In this document: positions 24,271 through 37,893 of the stretch, piece by piece
Position numbering within the stretch: the first letter of the stretch is position 1
Layout of the letters: the number at the start of each line of letters is the position of its first letter
Source of the DNA: Felis catus
Taxonomy: Eukaryota
NCBI RefSeq assembly: GCF_018350175.1
Contig: NC_058382.1
Location: 56,050,001 to 56,114,000, forward strand
Length of the DNA stretch: 64,000 nt
Direction: 5' to 3'
Position numbers and translations under genes: made by a program
Notes under the pieces: model-generated
The model's database searches: none
Told to the model about the DNA's origin: nothing
The model's input: only the letters and a program-made list of their open reading frames with translations

Positions 24271-27200
24271 GAGTAAGGACAGAGGGGCTATGACTGTTGA
24301 AAATTGGCCATTAAAACTATGGCTATTGAAAATTGGATGTACTGGGAGAAATGAGCAGCGACCCTTACCAAAATGTTCAGGAAGCATTCCCATCTCCCTC
24401 CTTTGGCTGCCCAAAAAGTGTATTTGAAGTTGCCACAGAACAAACTTCAATGTGTTCCTCAACAATCACAGATGATTCTGTCTTTCTCCTACATGCACTT
24501 CACCTTTGCCATCCTCCGCACTCTGAAATAAACCCCACTGAGGGTACTAGGCAGTCTCAGGGACTCTCAAACATCCTCTAGGATCCCAGGATGGAGTCAC
24601 CAGTCCCTGTTCTTTTTTTCCCTCCACTGTGCCGTTCTAAGGCAGAAACACTACCAGCCGTGGAATTCAGACGGCGCAAGTGCACACAGCTTTCCAAAAA
24701 AGGCAGAGATTGTGCTGAAGTGTTTGCTTTTCTGTTTTTCGGCCAGTTAATCTCACCGTGGGTAGCTCTAGGCCACCCTCAGCTCAGCTACTCTCTCCTC
24801 TATCCTGGTCAGAGCTACGGTGCTGGTGCTGGTGCTGGAAAAGCGTCGTAAAGATTTTGAGCTAAAAGATTTAAATTGACCTCACTTTTGAATTCTTCTT
24901 CTTTTTCCTTGAAGAATAACTATTATTTTTCTTGAAAATGCATACCCATCTACCCTTGTTTATCGGATCTTATCATCTTAGAGTTCAGGAAGATCCAGGG
25001 CATTCATTTCCCAAGTCACTGACTTCTGTAGCACCCAAGACCCAAACCATAATGTTCATATGGGATCTCCCAGTAGCTCCAACTCAAAAAGAAAAAAAAA
25101 AAATTAATGCCAACTTATATGTGAATTGATCACCATTTTTCCATAAATGAATATTTAGAGCATAACTCAAATGCTCCAGAAGTCAGTTTAAGTCTTTTAA
25201 GTATTGTATAGGATAAAAAGGAGAGAAAGAAAAAAACACTTGTGATTCATATTAACAAGATCATCATGGGAATAGATCCTGGATCTACTATATGTACCTC
25301 TTCCTCAGTTTCCCCACATGAAAAATGGTGAGTTTAATACATACTTAACATAGTCACTGTGTGGACCGGAGACTCCATATTTATGAAACACTTGGCCCAG
25401 AACATAGCTCATGGTAGACACAATATTTGATTGGATCCTCTAAGCTCCTACTCTCCAGAATACATAGCAAGTACTAAAGCTATCTAAATGAACACAGATC
25501 CCCAGATTAGGTATGCAGTGGAGAAGGAAAGGCCATGAATTGATGACACATCAGCCCAGTTTAGGGTTAAAAATAAGCTGTATCTAAATTGGAAAATATT
25601 AAGAAATTTAGAAAAAATAATGTAAGTTTATCACAGAATTCCCATTAGTTCCTCAAATTTGTTTTTTTTCCACTTAACTAAATTCAAATTTTCATTTATA
25701 TTTTAAACTGAATTATTCGTGGTTATTTTCTTAGAAGGCATGCAAAGTTGGTACTTTTACCTTAGCTATCTTTCCTTATCCAGAGGCTTAAAGGAAAATC
25801 ATCAACATAAAGTACAAAACATCATTAAGATTCCCAAGAGTTCTTTATTACAGAAGAATGTGGTCTGATATTTTCACTTTCACTGAGTCTTTTTAGGAGA
25901 CTCTACCTCCACTCTCAGCAACCATTTCCAAGTATTCTTTCCTCTGTTAGGACTGCAATATGATAGCCCTTGATGGGGAGGCAGGTTGTGTAACCCAGGA
26001 GGAAGGGGACTATGGGTAAAAGAGAGAAGTGGTTAGATTATAAAGTTGCTTGGTGACCATCAAGACCAAAGTAACTGTGAATTTGTGTGTTTTCTGGCCC
26101 TTCTACTCACTTGACGATTAAATCCTACAGCTGTCCAAATCCAGTCCTTGGCTTATCTCAGCTATGCAGAGTGGCATTGTTGGTTCAAACTGTCCGTGGA
26201 GAAACAGATGTATGAGGCCAAAATCTAGCAAAATGCCAGAAGAGTGTATTTGGGCAGGATACCAAGATGTAGTTCAGGGGACCTGCCTGGAAGCTGGGAC
26301 CAGGGCCAGTGGTGGATAGTTGGACATTGCAATGAGAGATGCCCAAATATGACAAGTGGGATCGTCATTCTGTGAATCAAAGTCAAAAAGACTTCATGAA
26401 AACACGATCTGGGGACTGACTGTGGGAATCTGATTTGGAACTTTTCTCATAGCCTGGTGATTTCTAATGGTGCTTTTGTTGGACGAAGTCCTGGGAGGGT
26501 CTGAGTTCTATCTTAAAGGCATTGCTTTGCTTGTGTGACATGGGTATTCTTTACTTTATCACGTAGAAATGAGGACGTGTGTAGAAGGTATAATCTCCTG
26601 TTTGCAAACCCTCGGGTGCCAATAAGACAACCATCTTTGTCTTCTAAAACTCTACATATACTTCTAATTTCTACCAGTTGGTAGAAGCTTAAGCTAAGTC
26701 CATTCGTTGCCACCATAATCCCCTAGGTTTCTGTCTACTTTCAATTGCATTTACGTGCTGCCATGGTACATGATGGGTGGGAGGCACTCTGGCATCTGAT
26801 GAGATGTTATTGCAGCCATCTGGTCTTTGGTCCTCTCTTTCCAAGCTTATGGGTGATTCAAGTCTTCCAGCTTTCTCTCCACTGTTTCAGTCCCTTTCCA
26901 AAGCATGCAGGGACCATTCTGTTGCTCCCTTGCTGAACTAGGTTTGGAATTGGGGCTCAGAGAAAAGACATGGCATTGTCCCTTTTACCACATCTATGCA
27001 TTTCTCCTTTCCTTTCCAACTCAGGGAATTTTTGGGAAAAAAGGGGGCAGTACCCTGGATCATCATCCATTCTTCCCTATCTACTATTTAAAGCCCAAAT
27101 GAATATCTGGGGTCCATTTAGATTTAGGGTTTGAAATACAAAATGGGCTTTTAAAACCATAACAAAAAATCTTGGATGTTTGAAACTTGCATTTTTTTAG

Positions 27201-29619
27201 ATCTCTCTTTGCTTTTTATTAACAATATCCCTTTCCTGAGGCAATTAATGATAGGCAGTGGGGGTAATGAGTGCAGAGAGATTTTGGGGGAAAATCTCAT
27301 TTAATTCCTGCCAAAACTTTCAGCCTGCTTGACCGGAGCCACCGTTGAAAAACAATGCTGTTTTGTTTTGTTTTGTTTTGTTTGTTTTTTTTGTTTTTTT
27401 TTTGTTTTTTTCGTCAGCAGAGACAAGTCCCAAGTACTCAGCCAGAGAGCTTTGTACTTGTCTTGGAACTCACATGGAACAGTGATGAGTGAAATATGGC
27501 TGTGTCTCTCTAGCAGGAAAATTTTAGGTCCACAGAGACAAAGGCTTTCATTCTGACATAGTAAAGAAGGACAAAGCATAGCTGAGGAACACAGCATATA
27601 GGTAATAATGTGAAATTTGCAAGAATGATGTGCTCTAGCTTATTCCAGTGAGGACTGATGAGATGTGGGTGTAGCAATCATCACGAGGGTGAAATCCAAG
27701 ATAACTAGAGACAGGAGAGGAAGTAGCTGTCTTAGAGAGACCAAGGCTGATAAAGTTGTCAATCCAAATGACAAGAAACTTCTAGTTTCTAAGAATATGC
27801 CTTTGCATTTGAGACGATGCCCTTTTTCAAACAAACATACAAACAAACAAAAAAGCCCCAAAACCAAACCAAACCAAAACAAAAAAACCCAAAAGACAAG
27901 TTTCTTTCACCGACAACACACATTGCCAGGTTTATCCACACAACCAGTGTTCCAAATGCTATGTAAAACTGTAGCAATTGGGCAGATTGTTAAGTAACTT
28001 GCTGTAATTGCTTTTATTTGTTTAATCCTTTGAACAAACAACCTTTTTCATCTTTTGTCTAAAAGACAAAGGAGAGTTAAAATTTTATGGTTTTTTTCAG
28101 GGAAAATAAAATTGAGCATTTGTTGGCTGAGGTTGGAAGATCATTACCTTTAGCAGTTTGGGCAGCTTGACTTATAGGGAGAGGTCTGGTAGCTGGGAAG
28201 GACAGCGTCAGTAAAGTGGAAGATGCTGGGGTCAAGGGCAGGGTCAGGAGCCAGGATACTCAGTGGAGTAGATGAGTGGGAAGTAACACTTGATTCTAAG
28301 AAAGAAACAATAGCAAAACCATCTAGGTAAAAATGGCATCATATCTTGATTTTGGTGCTAAGGAACCTTGCAAGAAGGAGCCACTGACGTCTTGTCTTGG
28401 AGACGCCTTCCTGTGGGCTCAAGGATAAACCTCAAGCCTGAGACTTTATGGTTTGCAAAAGAGAAAGGATACTCTTGATTTTTTATAAAGGGTGAAAAGA
28501 ACAATTCATGTTAAGATTTTACCCCCTGAAGCCATAATGGAGTATTTTGTATGTGGAGAAAAACTGTGGAAGGGTAAATAAATGCGACGAGATTCATGGC
28601 ACTGATTCTTAGGGATTTTAATAAACTCATTTAGGCTCTTCTAAACTTAAGACACTGTTCTCAGCTGTATCTCAGGTCATTTTTCAAAATGAGTGTTCTC
28701 TTTGCCTTAAAACGATCAAAGGGAATTGCTTATTACCCAGGGTCAACTTATTAACTGGAGACAGAATATTCCCCAATTACAGCATCGCTTAAATGCATGT
28801 CTTACTGAGCTCGAGGCAAGGGGCAAATTGGGGACGAGAGGAAAGGGTGTAGTAAAAAAATCCCAGCGTCTTCCTCTATTCCCTAGCTGACTAGCTAGGT
28901 AACCTTGGACAGCTCTGTGACCTTTTAGCATATGTTTCCTCATTTGCAAAATGAAGTGAGATGCGGTAATTCCCCAAACTCCTTCTTTCTTTCTGCTTTT
29001 CCTAATTTTTTAGAACTGCTGAATTATTGCATACATTAAATGATTTAGTTTCTTCTTTGAAATAATGGGGCTCATTTTCAAGGATCTCCATCTCCCTGTA
29101 TTTCTGCTAAGCAAGATCTAACACCTTTGATATCGCTGTGTCTACTTTCTAGGGAATTAAAGATATAATGTCATTTGATTTTGTGAAGACACTTAGTAAA
29201 AAATTGTCACTGAATGCCTTATGCTTTCCCACAGGGCTATCAGAGCTGAATCCCTACAGCAGACAAGCCAAAGTTAAAATAGGAGGGATTGACAAGAAAG
29301 GGAGGTAGAGACAGCTTGTGCACACAAACTGAAAATGCAGTAAATAACAACGTGAGAAAAGCCATCAGAAAGAAGCTTCTTTCTTCATTCTTGATAGTAT
29401 TTTATATACATTTTGGTAAGAATGGTAAGATGATATTGAAAAGGTGACAAAGGAAATGCTTCCGGCACTTAGTGAGCACCTAGTGAATACCAGGCATATG
29501 TTAGGCATAGACCTTGGTTTTCCACTTTGTAGATGAGGATATTTAGGCACAGAACTCACTCAGTAAGTGAGTGGTACAACTGAGATTTTAAGCCAGGAAT
29601 TTACATCAGAGGACAAATA

Positions 29620-30086
29620 AGAAGTTAAATAATCACAGATAAGCCTTCTACTTCCCCCTGAATCTGTCTCCTCCCCTCGTTCTTAGATGTCAACAGCATT
29701 ACCGTTTCACTCAGGCAATGTACTTCAGACATCTTCCCACGTTCATGCACGTGGAAAAAGCTTATTCATTTTAAATGCTATGTCCTTTTCAGGGTGTGGG
29801 TCTACCATAAATTAGTTAACCTTTCCCTATTGTTTTTCACTATTAAAAATAATCCTGTAGTGAGCATCCTTGTACCTCTTTCCATGTGCACATATCAAAG
29901 TATTTTTCTAGGTAGATGTGAAAAAGTAAATATATATACATATATGTGTGTATGTGATATATGTTTTTATATCTGTGTATATGTATATATATGCATACAT
30001 ATATGTTTTAAAGTTATTTGTGTTTCTGAAAGAGAGAGAGTGCACAAGCAGAGGAGGGGCAGAGAGGGAGGGAGGGAGAGAGGGAA

Positions 30087-30137
<51 letters not shown>

Positions 30138-30490
30138 CAGAAACAGAGAATCCCAAGCAGGCTCCTTGCTCAGCACAGAACCTGACATGGGGCTCATCCC
30201 ACGATTCCAAGATTATGATCTGAGCCAATATCAAGAGTCAGATACTTAATCAACTGTGCCATCCAAGCACCCCCATATATGTATTTTTTAAAGATTCTGC
30301 CAAATTTCCCTCCCAAAGGGCTTGTGCCAAATCACCCACCCACTCCCCCACTAGCACTGTGTCAAAGTCTCTGTTTTCTCATACTAAAACCAATACTTGA
30401 TGGCATTAAACTTTAAACATTTTCCAAGCTATTATTACATTAATTTTTTCAAGTGCATTTCTCTGATCACAAGTGGGTGTGAGCACCTCT
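29620..30490 (-). mobile_element. Old L1M fragment interrupted by a SINE
   Basis: tttttcactattaaaaataatcctgtagtgagcatccttgtac and ctgccaaatttccctcccaaagggcttgtgccaa...tgcatttctctgatcacaagtgggtgtgagcacct are antisense L1 signatures. Confidence 0.75.
30005..30273 (-). mobile_element. CanSINE with expanded (GA)/(GAGACA) tract
   Basis: gaatcccaagcaggctcc...gattatgatctgagcc...gccatccaagcacccc; TSD begins catatatgt. Confidence 0.93.
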
Positions 30491-31904
30491 CGGGTTATCT
30501 TCCTCCAGAAAGGTTCCCAATAAATGAAGGGAGAATGACTGAGCTCTGCCGTGTGCTGTGCAGAAAGCCCTGAGTTTCTTTGTGAAGAACATGATGCCGG
30601 GTCATTTGACTTGGAGATCCTGGAGAGAAAGGGGTGGTAAGATTACACTCTCATTAGGAATTCACCTGGGGGTCATAAAGGAGGCTGAGCAGGTCCTTTA
30701 AGCGTGTAAATGATGACACTCAAATCTATCAGAATACTAACCCTGAAATCAGGTTGAATTTACAGCCATAATATCTATCTTTGGATTTGGTTTTATGTTT
30801 TTGCCCTTGATTTATGTGCATGCCTTCCTTACCATCCCATATCTCAAGCAACATAAATGTATTAAAGTAATGGAATTTAGCAAATATGTTACGCTTACCA
30901 TCTTTGTTCCCAAGAGGGAATTTGGAAATCTGACAAATATTATAGCTTTCATTTTCGAGACCCATTTTCTGAGCAGTTTCACTAACAAGTCTCCTGATTT
31001 ACCACGCCATTAACAAAAATAATTCTTTCTGGACAGCAGTAAAAGAAGTGGATTAGCACAATTTACAGCTTTCTCAAGATACATATAAGGTGCCTGTTAA
31101 GAAAAAAAGGGACAGGTTTTTGATTAACTGATACATAGACTTGCTTTTAAGACACCCCAGTTCATTCTCCATAAGCCCATCTATTAAGGACAGCATCCCT
31201 CAAAGAGGAAACTTGCCATGGCCCTATGTCTTGGCACGGTCTTGTGTTTGCCAACAGTGATTAGGAATTACTTAGTTGCTGACAGCCCTTCATCATTGAT
31301 TGGAAGAGGAAACCTTTCCCCTTCAAACTGAGAATATGGTGCCCAGTGTTTTCCCCTTTAAATGGAATGTTATCCAGAGACAACCCTTTCAATGTGTACA
31401 CAACACCACGCATGGGTTCAACAAAAGAGTGACTTGCAGTGAGCAGAGACAGAATGGTTGAGAGCCTAGGACAGCAGCTCATTAGGGTGAAGCCTGTCCT
31501 TTTTCTTTGCTAAAGTCAGGCAGGAAACAAATGTCTGCCCAATGGAAGGAGTAATGAGAGGAGGCTGTCAGTGAGGAAGATATACAGCTATAGGGAAAGC
31601 ACTGGAAAGTTCTCTCGACTCCATGGGAACTTTAATTATGTCCTTGATAATTCTTGTATTCAGAAGATCCCACAGTGTTTGTGGAGCCCATTAAAAAGTT
31701 CCAGAGTGGCCTGGTGAGAGAGATGCCCAAGGTGACAAGGGTGTCTTTCTAGGCTGTGTAAATAGCATGGCCGTCCATTCTGTGGCATCGGCCCACAACT
31801 CTGAGGCCCTGAGCTCTGATTCCCAGCTCCTACGGTGTGTAGGCATCAGCACATGGTGGTGACAGCCTTAATTCGATTTTCCTTTGCAACTGTAATTATG
31901 ACAA

Positions 31905-32016
31905 TTACAAGGATTCTTACCCTTTTTTTGTGCCATGGCCCTTCTGTCCGTCTAGTGAAGCCTATAGACCCCATTTCACAATATTGTATTTAGATTAAAA
32001 TATTTAGAATGATGAT

Positions 32017-32051
<35 letters not shown>

Positions 32052-32645
32052 ACATAGATATATGTATAAAAATAGTTTTATACATTTTTCAAAATATTGA
32101 AGAGACATGTTTGCAACAAAGATCTGATTGTGTACAGCTCTTTCCAACTCCATGTTCAATGATGATATATTGGTAGCTTGAATGTGACTGTGATGGCAGT
32201 ATTTACACCACGGAAATTGGCATACTTTAGAAATCATGACTCTAAGAGTCACTTGTTAAGATACTTACCACCACACTGCACTGTGTGTATATATCGGTGT
32301 GCGTGTATATATAAAAAACGGTATATACTTACACTTTTATTTATAAATAAGTTAATTTACAAATTTATTTCTAAATAAATTTATTAATGCCTTAAATAAC
32401 AGGATTTGATCACAGGTTACATAACTGTCATAATTTTGAAGTACTTATGGGTGTAAATTGTATTTCAGGAGATCAGCAACAATCACAACGTGACATAATA
32501 TTTCTCTCTATAATTGATGACAAAGTCATCATTACTGTTAGTACTATTGTGATTCGTTGCCTCCATCCATACTTAAAGGAAATGCTTTCTGTTAGACATT
32601 AATGCAAATAAAGATGCATTTTTCCCCCATCTAAAGAACCCCGGA
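31905..32645. mobile_element. hAT-Charlie element (MER119-like) with internal (GT)n and a nested MER63-like MITE
   Basis: ggattcttacccttttttgtgccatggccc...gtgaagcctatagacccc start; taagaacccc-like end. Confidence 0.7.
32115..32283. mobile_element. MER63A-like hAT-Blackjack MITE (nested)
   Basis: gattgtgtacagctctttccaactcc...ttggtagcttgaa...gtatttacaccacggaaattggca; homologous to 59899-60092. Confidence 0.75.
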
Positions 32646-32669
32646 ACTACAATGTCCAGGAAGCTAGAA

Positions 32670-33760
32670 GAAAGAGGAGCAAGGAGACCAGTTAGTAGGC
32701 CACAACGATAATCCACATGAACAGTCATGACATCTTGTACTCAGCTGAGGAGATAGAGAGATGTGTATATGGGATTTGAGATAGTTAACAAGGAAAGCCA
32801 AAAACCAGGAATGTATTGATATAAAAGTGAGGGAGGTGTCTGGAGTGACTCCTAGGGTTTGGGCTTGTACTACTGGGTTTACTGAGAAGGGAATGTTAGG
32901 AAGGCCGGGTTTCAGGAAGATGGCCCTGACTTGGTTTGGAATCTGTTGGGTTGGAGGTGCCTCTCAGTTATTCCCAAGGAAATTCTGAATAGACAGTGGG
33001 GTCTATCCATCTGGAGTAGAGGCCTAAGTATACTCTACCATCAGTCTTGGGTGTGGGGGTTGGGGGGTGGTGAGACCAGGCGGGGGGGTGCTGTTCCTTG
33101 ATGGAGAAGCCAGCCACAGAGAAATGTGCCACCCTTTCAATAACTTTTCACACTGTGTCCCCTTCCTTCTTCATCCCTTAATAATCATTGTGTCAACAGA
33201 TTGCGTTTAGAAACTGCTGCGATGGCCCCATTTGGGGGAAACCCCGCCCACAGGGAGTAACTACTTTCCCAGTTTCCATACAGCTCCATGCTGGATCTGG
33301 AAGCTCAGAGGAGAGTCCTGGGGAGTAGACACATACTAGGAAGTCATCAGGATATTTACAATAACTGGAGTGTCCATCCTATAAGAAACTGCCCTGAGGA
33401 AAAAGACTGAGTGAGAAGAGCAGCAAGCAGTAACCTAGAGGATTTCCAGATTCAATAGTTAGCAGAAGCAGACAAGCCTAAAAATGAGACAAAGCAGGAG
33501 CAGCTACAGAGATGGGGGAAAGCCAGGTGAGGTGGTGGAGAAGAGGAGAGGAGAGGGTGCTTCAGTAAGAGAGGAGACAAGTAAGCTGAAGGGTGAGGAA
33601 GCCTGAAAGTTCTTTAATGGATCTGGTGATAACAGGGTGTTCATTTCATGGGAGCTGTGTCAGTGGAGAGATGGTGGTGGAGGTCATTTGGGAGGATAAG
33701 AAATGGGGACAGAAGTTCTAGCCACCTCCTTTAAGAAGGTTGGCTGCTATGAAGAAGACA
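32670..33760 (-). mobile_element. L2 LINE fragment (interrupted at ~33020-33290)
   Basis: gagcaaggagaccagttagtaggccac...gagtgactcctagggtttgggcttg...ggatctggaagctcagaggagagtcctgg...tttaagaaggttggctgctatgaag. Confidence 0.7.
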
Positions 33761-33800
33761 GGTAGTGAAGTCGTTGGGGGTAGATATAGAGCCAATAAGG

Positions 33801-33976
33801 TCTTCCTTCCTCTCTCCCTCCCTTCTTTCCTTCCTCCTTCTCTCTCTCTCCCCCTCCCTTCCTTCTGTCCTTCCTTCCTTCCTTCCTTCTTTCCTTCCTT
33901 CTTTCCTTCCTTCCTTCCTTCCTTCCTTCCTTCCTTCCTTCTTTCCCTTTTCTCCCTTTCTTCCTCCCTCCATCCC
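33801..33976 (+). repeat. (CCTT)n polypyrimidine simple repeat
   Basis: Near-pure pyrimidine ttccttcctt run; explains the ORFs at 33731-34048. Confidence 0.95.
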
Positions 33977-35589
33977 TACATTAGGAAAGACTTGCCTATA
34001 AGGATTTATCTGAGGCCAGGTGAAGATACATGAGAGAGAAAGGACCAATAAAGGTATAAAGCTCTTGAGAAAGTCAAAGGAGACAGACTACAAAACCTGG
34101 AAGATGTGTTCACTTCTTCTGTCAGAGAGTTGAGCGAATGCATGAATGAATGAATGGTGCAGCCACCTTTAACCATAGACGTGTCTTGTCCCTTGTCTAA
34201 TGGAGGAGTCCTTAGGTGGCTCCAGAAGGCAAAGTAGTTTGCTTTAGGTCTTGCAGCGGTGGGATGCTGACCCCAGCAGGTCTCCAGAGAGATGGAGGTC
34301 TCTTTGTGTCAGAAGCATGTGTTGGTGGTTTGGGGACATTCAGTTCTGAAGGCCTTCATAGACCTGTGGGACATGTAGGAGAATGTGTACTGAAGCTTAT
34401 TGGAAATTGAGCTGCTTATTGGTGTTTCCTGCGTAGGTTTTGAAATTGGGGTTGAAAGAGGCATTATCTGGGCAGGAAAGATTGGATTTAAGGGTTCTGA
34501 GTAGTTGAAATAAGGGTGCCATCCTGGGGGAAGGGGTTTGTGATGGAGATGAACTTAGGGCTTCAGAGCTCTTCGTGTATCAGAGCTCCAGTATCTCTGA
34601 GGCTTCCAAGCCCTGCTTTTGACACTCAAATCCAGCAGAGGGTTGCAAGCCTCTCAAGACACAGGTACTAAAACCTTATTGACTGATGTGGACTCTTCTC
34701 TGCATCAAAGGGCCCAGTAATGGCAATAGCTGGCGGGCTCTTTTTAAGTGCAGAGAGTGCTTCTCTGTAGATAGCATGCCAAACTACCTAGGGTTAAGAT
34801 AAAAGGCTTCAAAAAGGCAGCAGTTTCCTTGAGGCTGCTGATGGCCACTCACGTTGCTGCTTTGGCCACGCTGACCCCAGACTGCCAGGGCCGGCCTACA
34901 CATATCTCTCTCTGTCACCTTGGATCCTGTGAGCCCCAGAATTCTAAGCCTTCACTGCAGAAACAAACTGAAACAAAACTTTTGACACTGTCTGAGGCTA
35001 CTGCTGCCTATGACCTCTACCACTTAAGCCATTTTTGGAAAACATAGACCTTGAAGTTGCACCAGACTTGGATTTAAATGTCATCCCTTCCCTAATTGAC
35101 TGTGGGATCCTCAGCAAGTCTCCTGCCCTCCCTTAGGGTCAGTTTTATCATTTATGCAACAGGGTAACTCCTGCCTCCTGTTGAATACCCATCTATTCAA
35201 CACATACTTGAGTGCCTATTTAAATATTGGCCACTGTGCTGGGCACTGGGGTCTAGCTGAACAAGACAAGCACGATTCCCTCCTTCAGGAAGCTTCCAGT
35301 GCAACAGTGGATGTACTAAAGTGCCAGGCCCAGGGAGTGCATTTAAGAAATGTCTCATTCATTTCTTTTTTTGTCCTTCACGTACCATGTCCAACTGAAA
35401 GTATCATTTGTTGCCCTGTGTGATGCACAGTGGGGTGCTGTGAGGCATTGCATGGTTAGCAGATGGCTCTGTAGGGTGTAAGAGCAGGGATGCAGTGAGA
35501 ACTCAGAAGTGGAGTGGAGGGAGGGTCAAACCCCTACTGAGGATGGAATGCAGGCATCCACATCACACCCCCACCTGTGACGAGATGTA

Positions 35590-35770
35590 GGACCAGTCAT
35601 ACAATTTATGGGCCTCTTTCTTCGTGTTTCAGTTTCCTCGCTTACACAAGGGAGACAATAATCGTGCACACATCTGAGGGTTTTTGTAAGGATTAAACAA
35701 GCAAAGATGGGCCAAGTGCTTAGAACAATGCCTGGAACTTGGAAAGTGCTACATAAATGTTAGGTATTAT
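35590..35770 (+). mobile_element. MIR
   Basis: tcagtttcctcgcttacacaagggagacaataatc...gtaaggattaaac...gtgcttagaacaatgcctgg...taaatgttaggtattatt. Confidence 0.75.
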
Positions 35771-36479
35771 TTCCATTTTCAGAAGCAAGCTGCTTTCATG
35801 ACAACCCGCCAGTGTCAAATGGAAATCAGGTGGGAAATCCCACACCACTCACCACAGCCCTTTCAAATGTGGCTCCATCAGTCCTCTCTTTTCCTTTCCT
35901 GCTCCTGAGTCTCATGTGCAGATCTCCGACTGTGAAGAGACTCGTCCCTAATAGTAGAATATCACTTTCTGGTTCTATTTGTTGACCATCCATTATGCTG
36001 TGGGGTCTCAACAGCTTTAATTACAATAATTTGAGGTTTGTTCAAAACATTATATTCCGGAAAGTTCAAGGATGTTTTTAATTTAATTATATGCAGGTTA
36101 ACACCACAGATGACTGTTGGGAAAAAGGAAAATGCTAGTCTTTCTGAATGCAAGACACATGTTTAGGACCGATAAAATACACTACTGTGTTTTGTTTCAG
36201 AATAAAAAGAAATGTATTGCAAAATAAGTATGGCAGTAAGTTGATCTTGGGATGCTTGGTCTGGGGCACTGTTGCTAACAGGCTTGGTTCTGGTTAAAGG
36301 AATGAAGTGCATGGGATCAGCCTTGCATTCAAGTTAGGGTCCAGAGGCCAGCTCCCACAGGGGTCTGAGAGCTAGCCTCTGTCCTGCAGAGACTCACATT
36401 AACCTTCTAAACAGGCACCTCCCTGTTCTTTCTGCTGTCACTATTGCTAATTATAGTAATAATTATTCATTGCCATCTG

Positions 36480-36900
36480 ACTTCATTCAGTGAGTATTTA
36501 CTGAGTCCTACTGTGTGCCTGGCCCTGTTCTGGGCCCTAGTGACAGAGGTGTGGGCACAATAAACAGAAGTCTCTACTTTGAAGGGGTTTATATTCCAGA
36601 GGAGAATGAAGAGGGCATGTGTTAGTGCATAATGTTAGTGAAGCCTATGGAGAAAAGTGAAGGTGAGATACCACTGGGGAGGATGGTTTGTATGCAAGAT
36701 GGGCAGGGAAGGCCTCACTGAGGAGGCTGTATGTGAGCTAAGACTTGAAAGAGCTGGAGGAACGAGGGTCTTGCAGGCACGGGTACCCATCCCCCCACAA
36801 ATCCTGAGGTGGGAGGGCACCTGGGTGTCTGAGGAGGCATGAGGAGATCACAGTGGAATGAGGGGGACACAACAGAAGATGAGGTTCAGAAATGAAAGGA
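36480..36900 (-). mobile_element. L2 3' fragment
   Basis: ttcattcagtgagtatttactgagtcctactgtgtgcctggccctgttctggg...gggcagggaaggcctcactgaggagg. Confidence 0.8.
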
Positions 36901-37409
36901 GGGAAACACTGTGTTTAGATTTTTTTTATCATCATCCACACCTTCTCACTGTCCCTTACTTCTTGGAAGGTGAGATCTCTACGCCCTTGTGAAGCCAGTA
37001 GACATTGGCCAAGTGAAGTGGTCAGAATGAGGAGAGGTTCTGCTGCTCAGAGAGCCCTGAAATCCCATTGTGTAGCCTGTCCTTCCTCTTCTTTCAGCTC
37101 TGTCTGCCTTCTCTCCACCCACTCTGTTGGGGGTACCCATTCCTCTTCCTGACCACCCTCCAGAACTGGAGGAAGTTCCCTCTCATGCGTTATGATCCTG
37201 CCCTGCTTTGCATGGCGTGCGGGTCCACCCCTCCTTGTTCAGCATAGTGACGAGCAGCTCTTTCTAGCTCAGCTGTGCCCACTCACTGTATTTAGGAAGG
37301 TGTTTCTACTGAACCCATGTCTCTGTGTGTGTAGCTCCCTGAAATCTATACTCTGAGTTCCAGCAGCCTCCAAGAAGAGATGATGAATAGAGCAGTGGTG
37401 GCAAAATAT

Positions 37410-37650
37410 TCACCAACACATATGCTTAAATACGTGAACGCGTATATACTTGAATACACACACAGAGTTTTGTATAAATGTACACACACCCATACATGAA
37501 TATAAAAACACACATGCACATATTTACGATTACGTACAAATGCATGCGCACACACACATACACATATACCTAAATGTATGTATATTCACACATATGAAGA
37601 TACAGATGTACACACGTTTATTGTGAGTGTATGCATTGTGTGGGTGTATA
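37410..37650. repeat. Degenerate alternating purine-pyrimidine (CA/TA)n low-complexity tract
   Basis: acacatatgc...catgcgcacacacacatacacatatac. Confidence 0.85.
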
Positions 37651-37699
37651 TTTTAGAATGCCTAATTGCACCAGGATCTTTACACCTGGTCTCCTTTTT

Positions 37700-37893
37700 T
37701 TCATGTTTATTTATTTTGAGAGAGAGAGGTGGAGAGCAAGCAGGGGAGGGGCAGAGAGAGGGAGACAGAATTCCACGCAGGCTCTGCACCGTCAGCATGG
37801 AGCTTGATGCAGGGCTCGAACTCACCAACCGTGAGATCGTGACCTGAGCTGAAACCAAGAGTTGTCTGCTTAACTGAGTTCCCCAGCCACCCC
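37700..37893 (-). mobile_element. CanSINE
   Basis: Full reverse SINE; TSD cctggtctcctttttt. Confidence 0.95.

Noticed and set aside
29794..30249. RE/RD-rich ORFs (also the SL-rich ORFs at 3061-3379 and 61149-61343)
   Set aside because: Produced by the (GA)n/(CT)n tracts of CanSINEs.
33731..34048. EGRK/PSFL repeat ORFs
   Set aside because: Produced by the (CCTT)n microsatellite.
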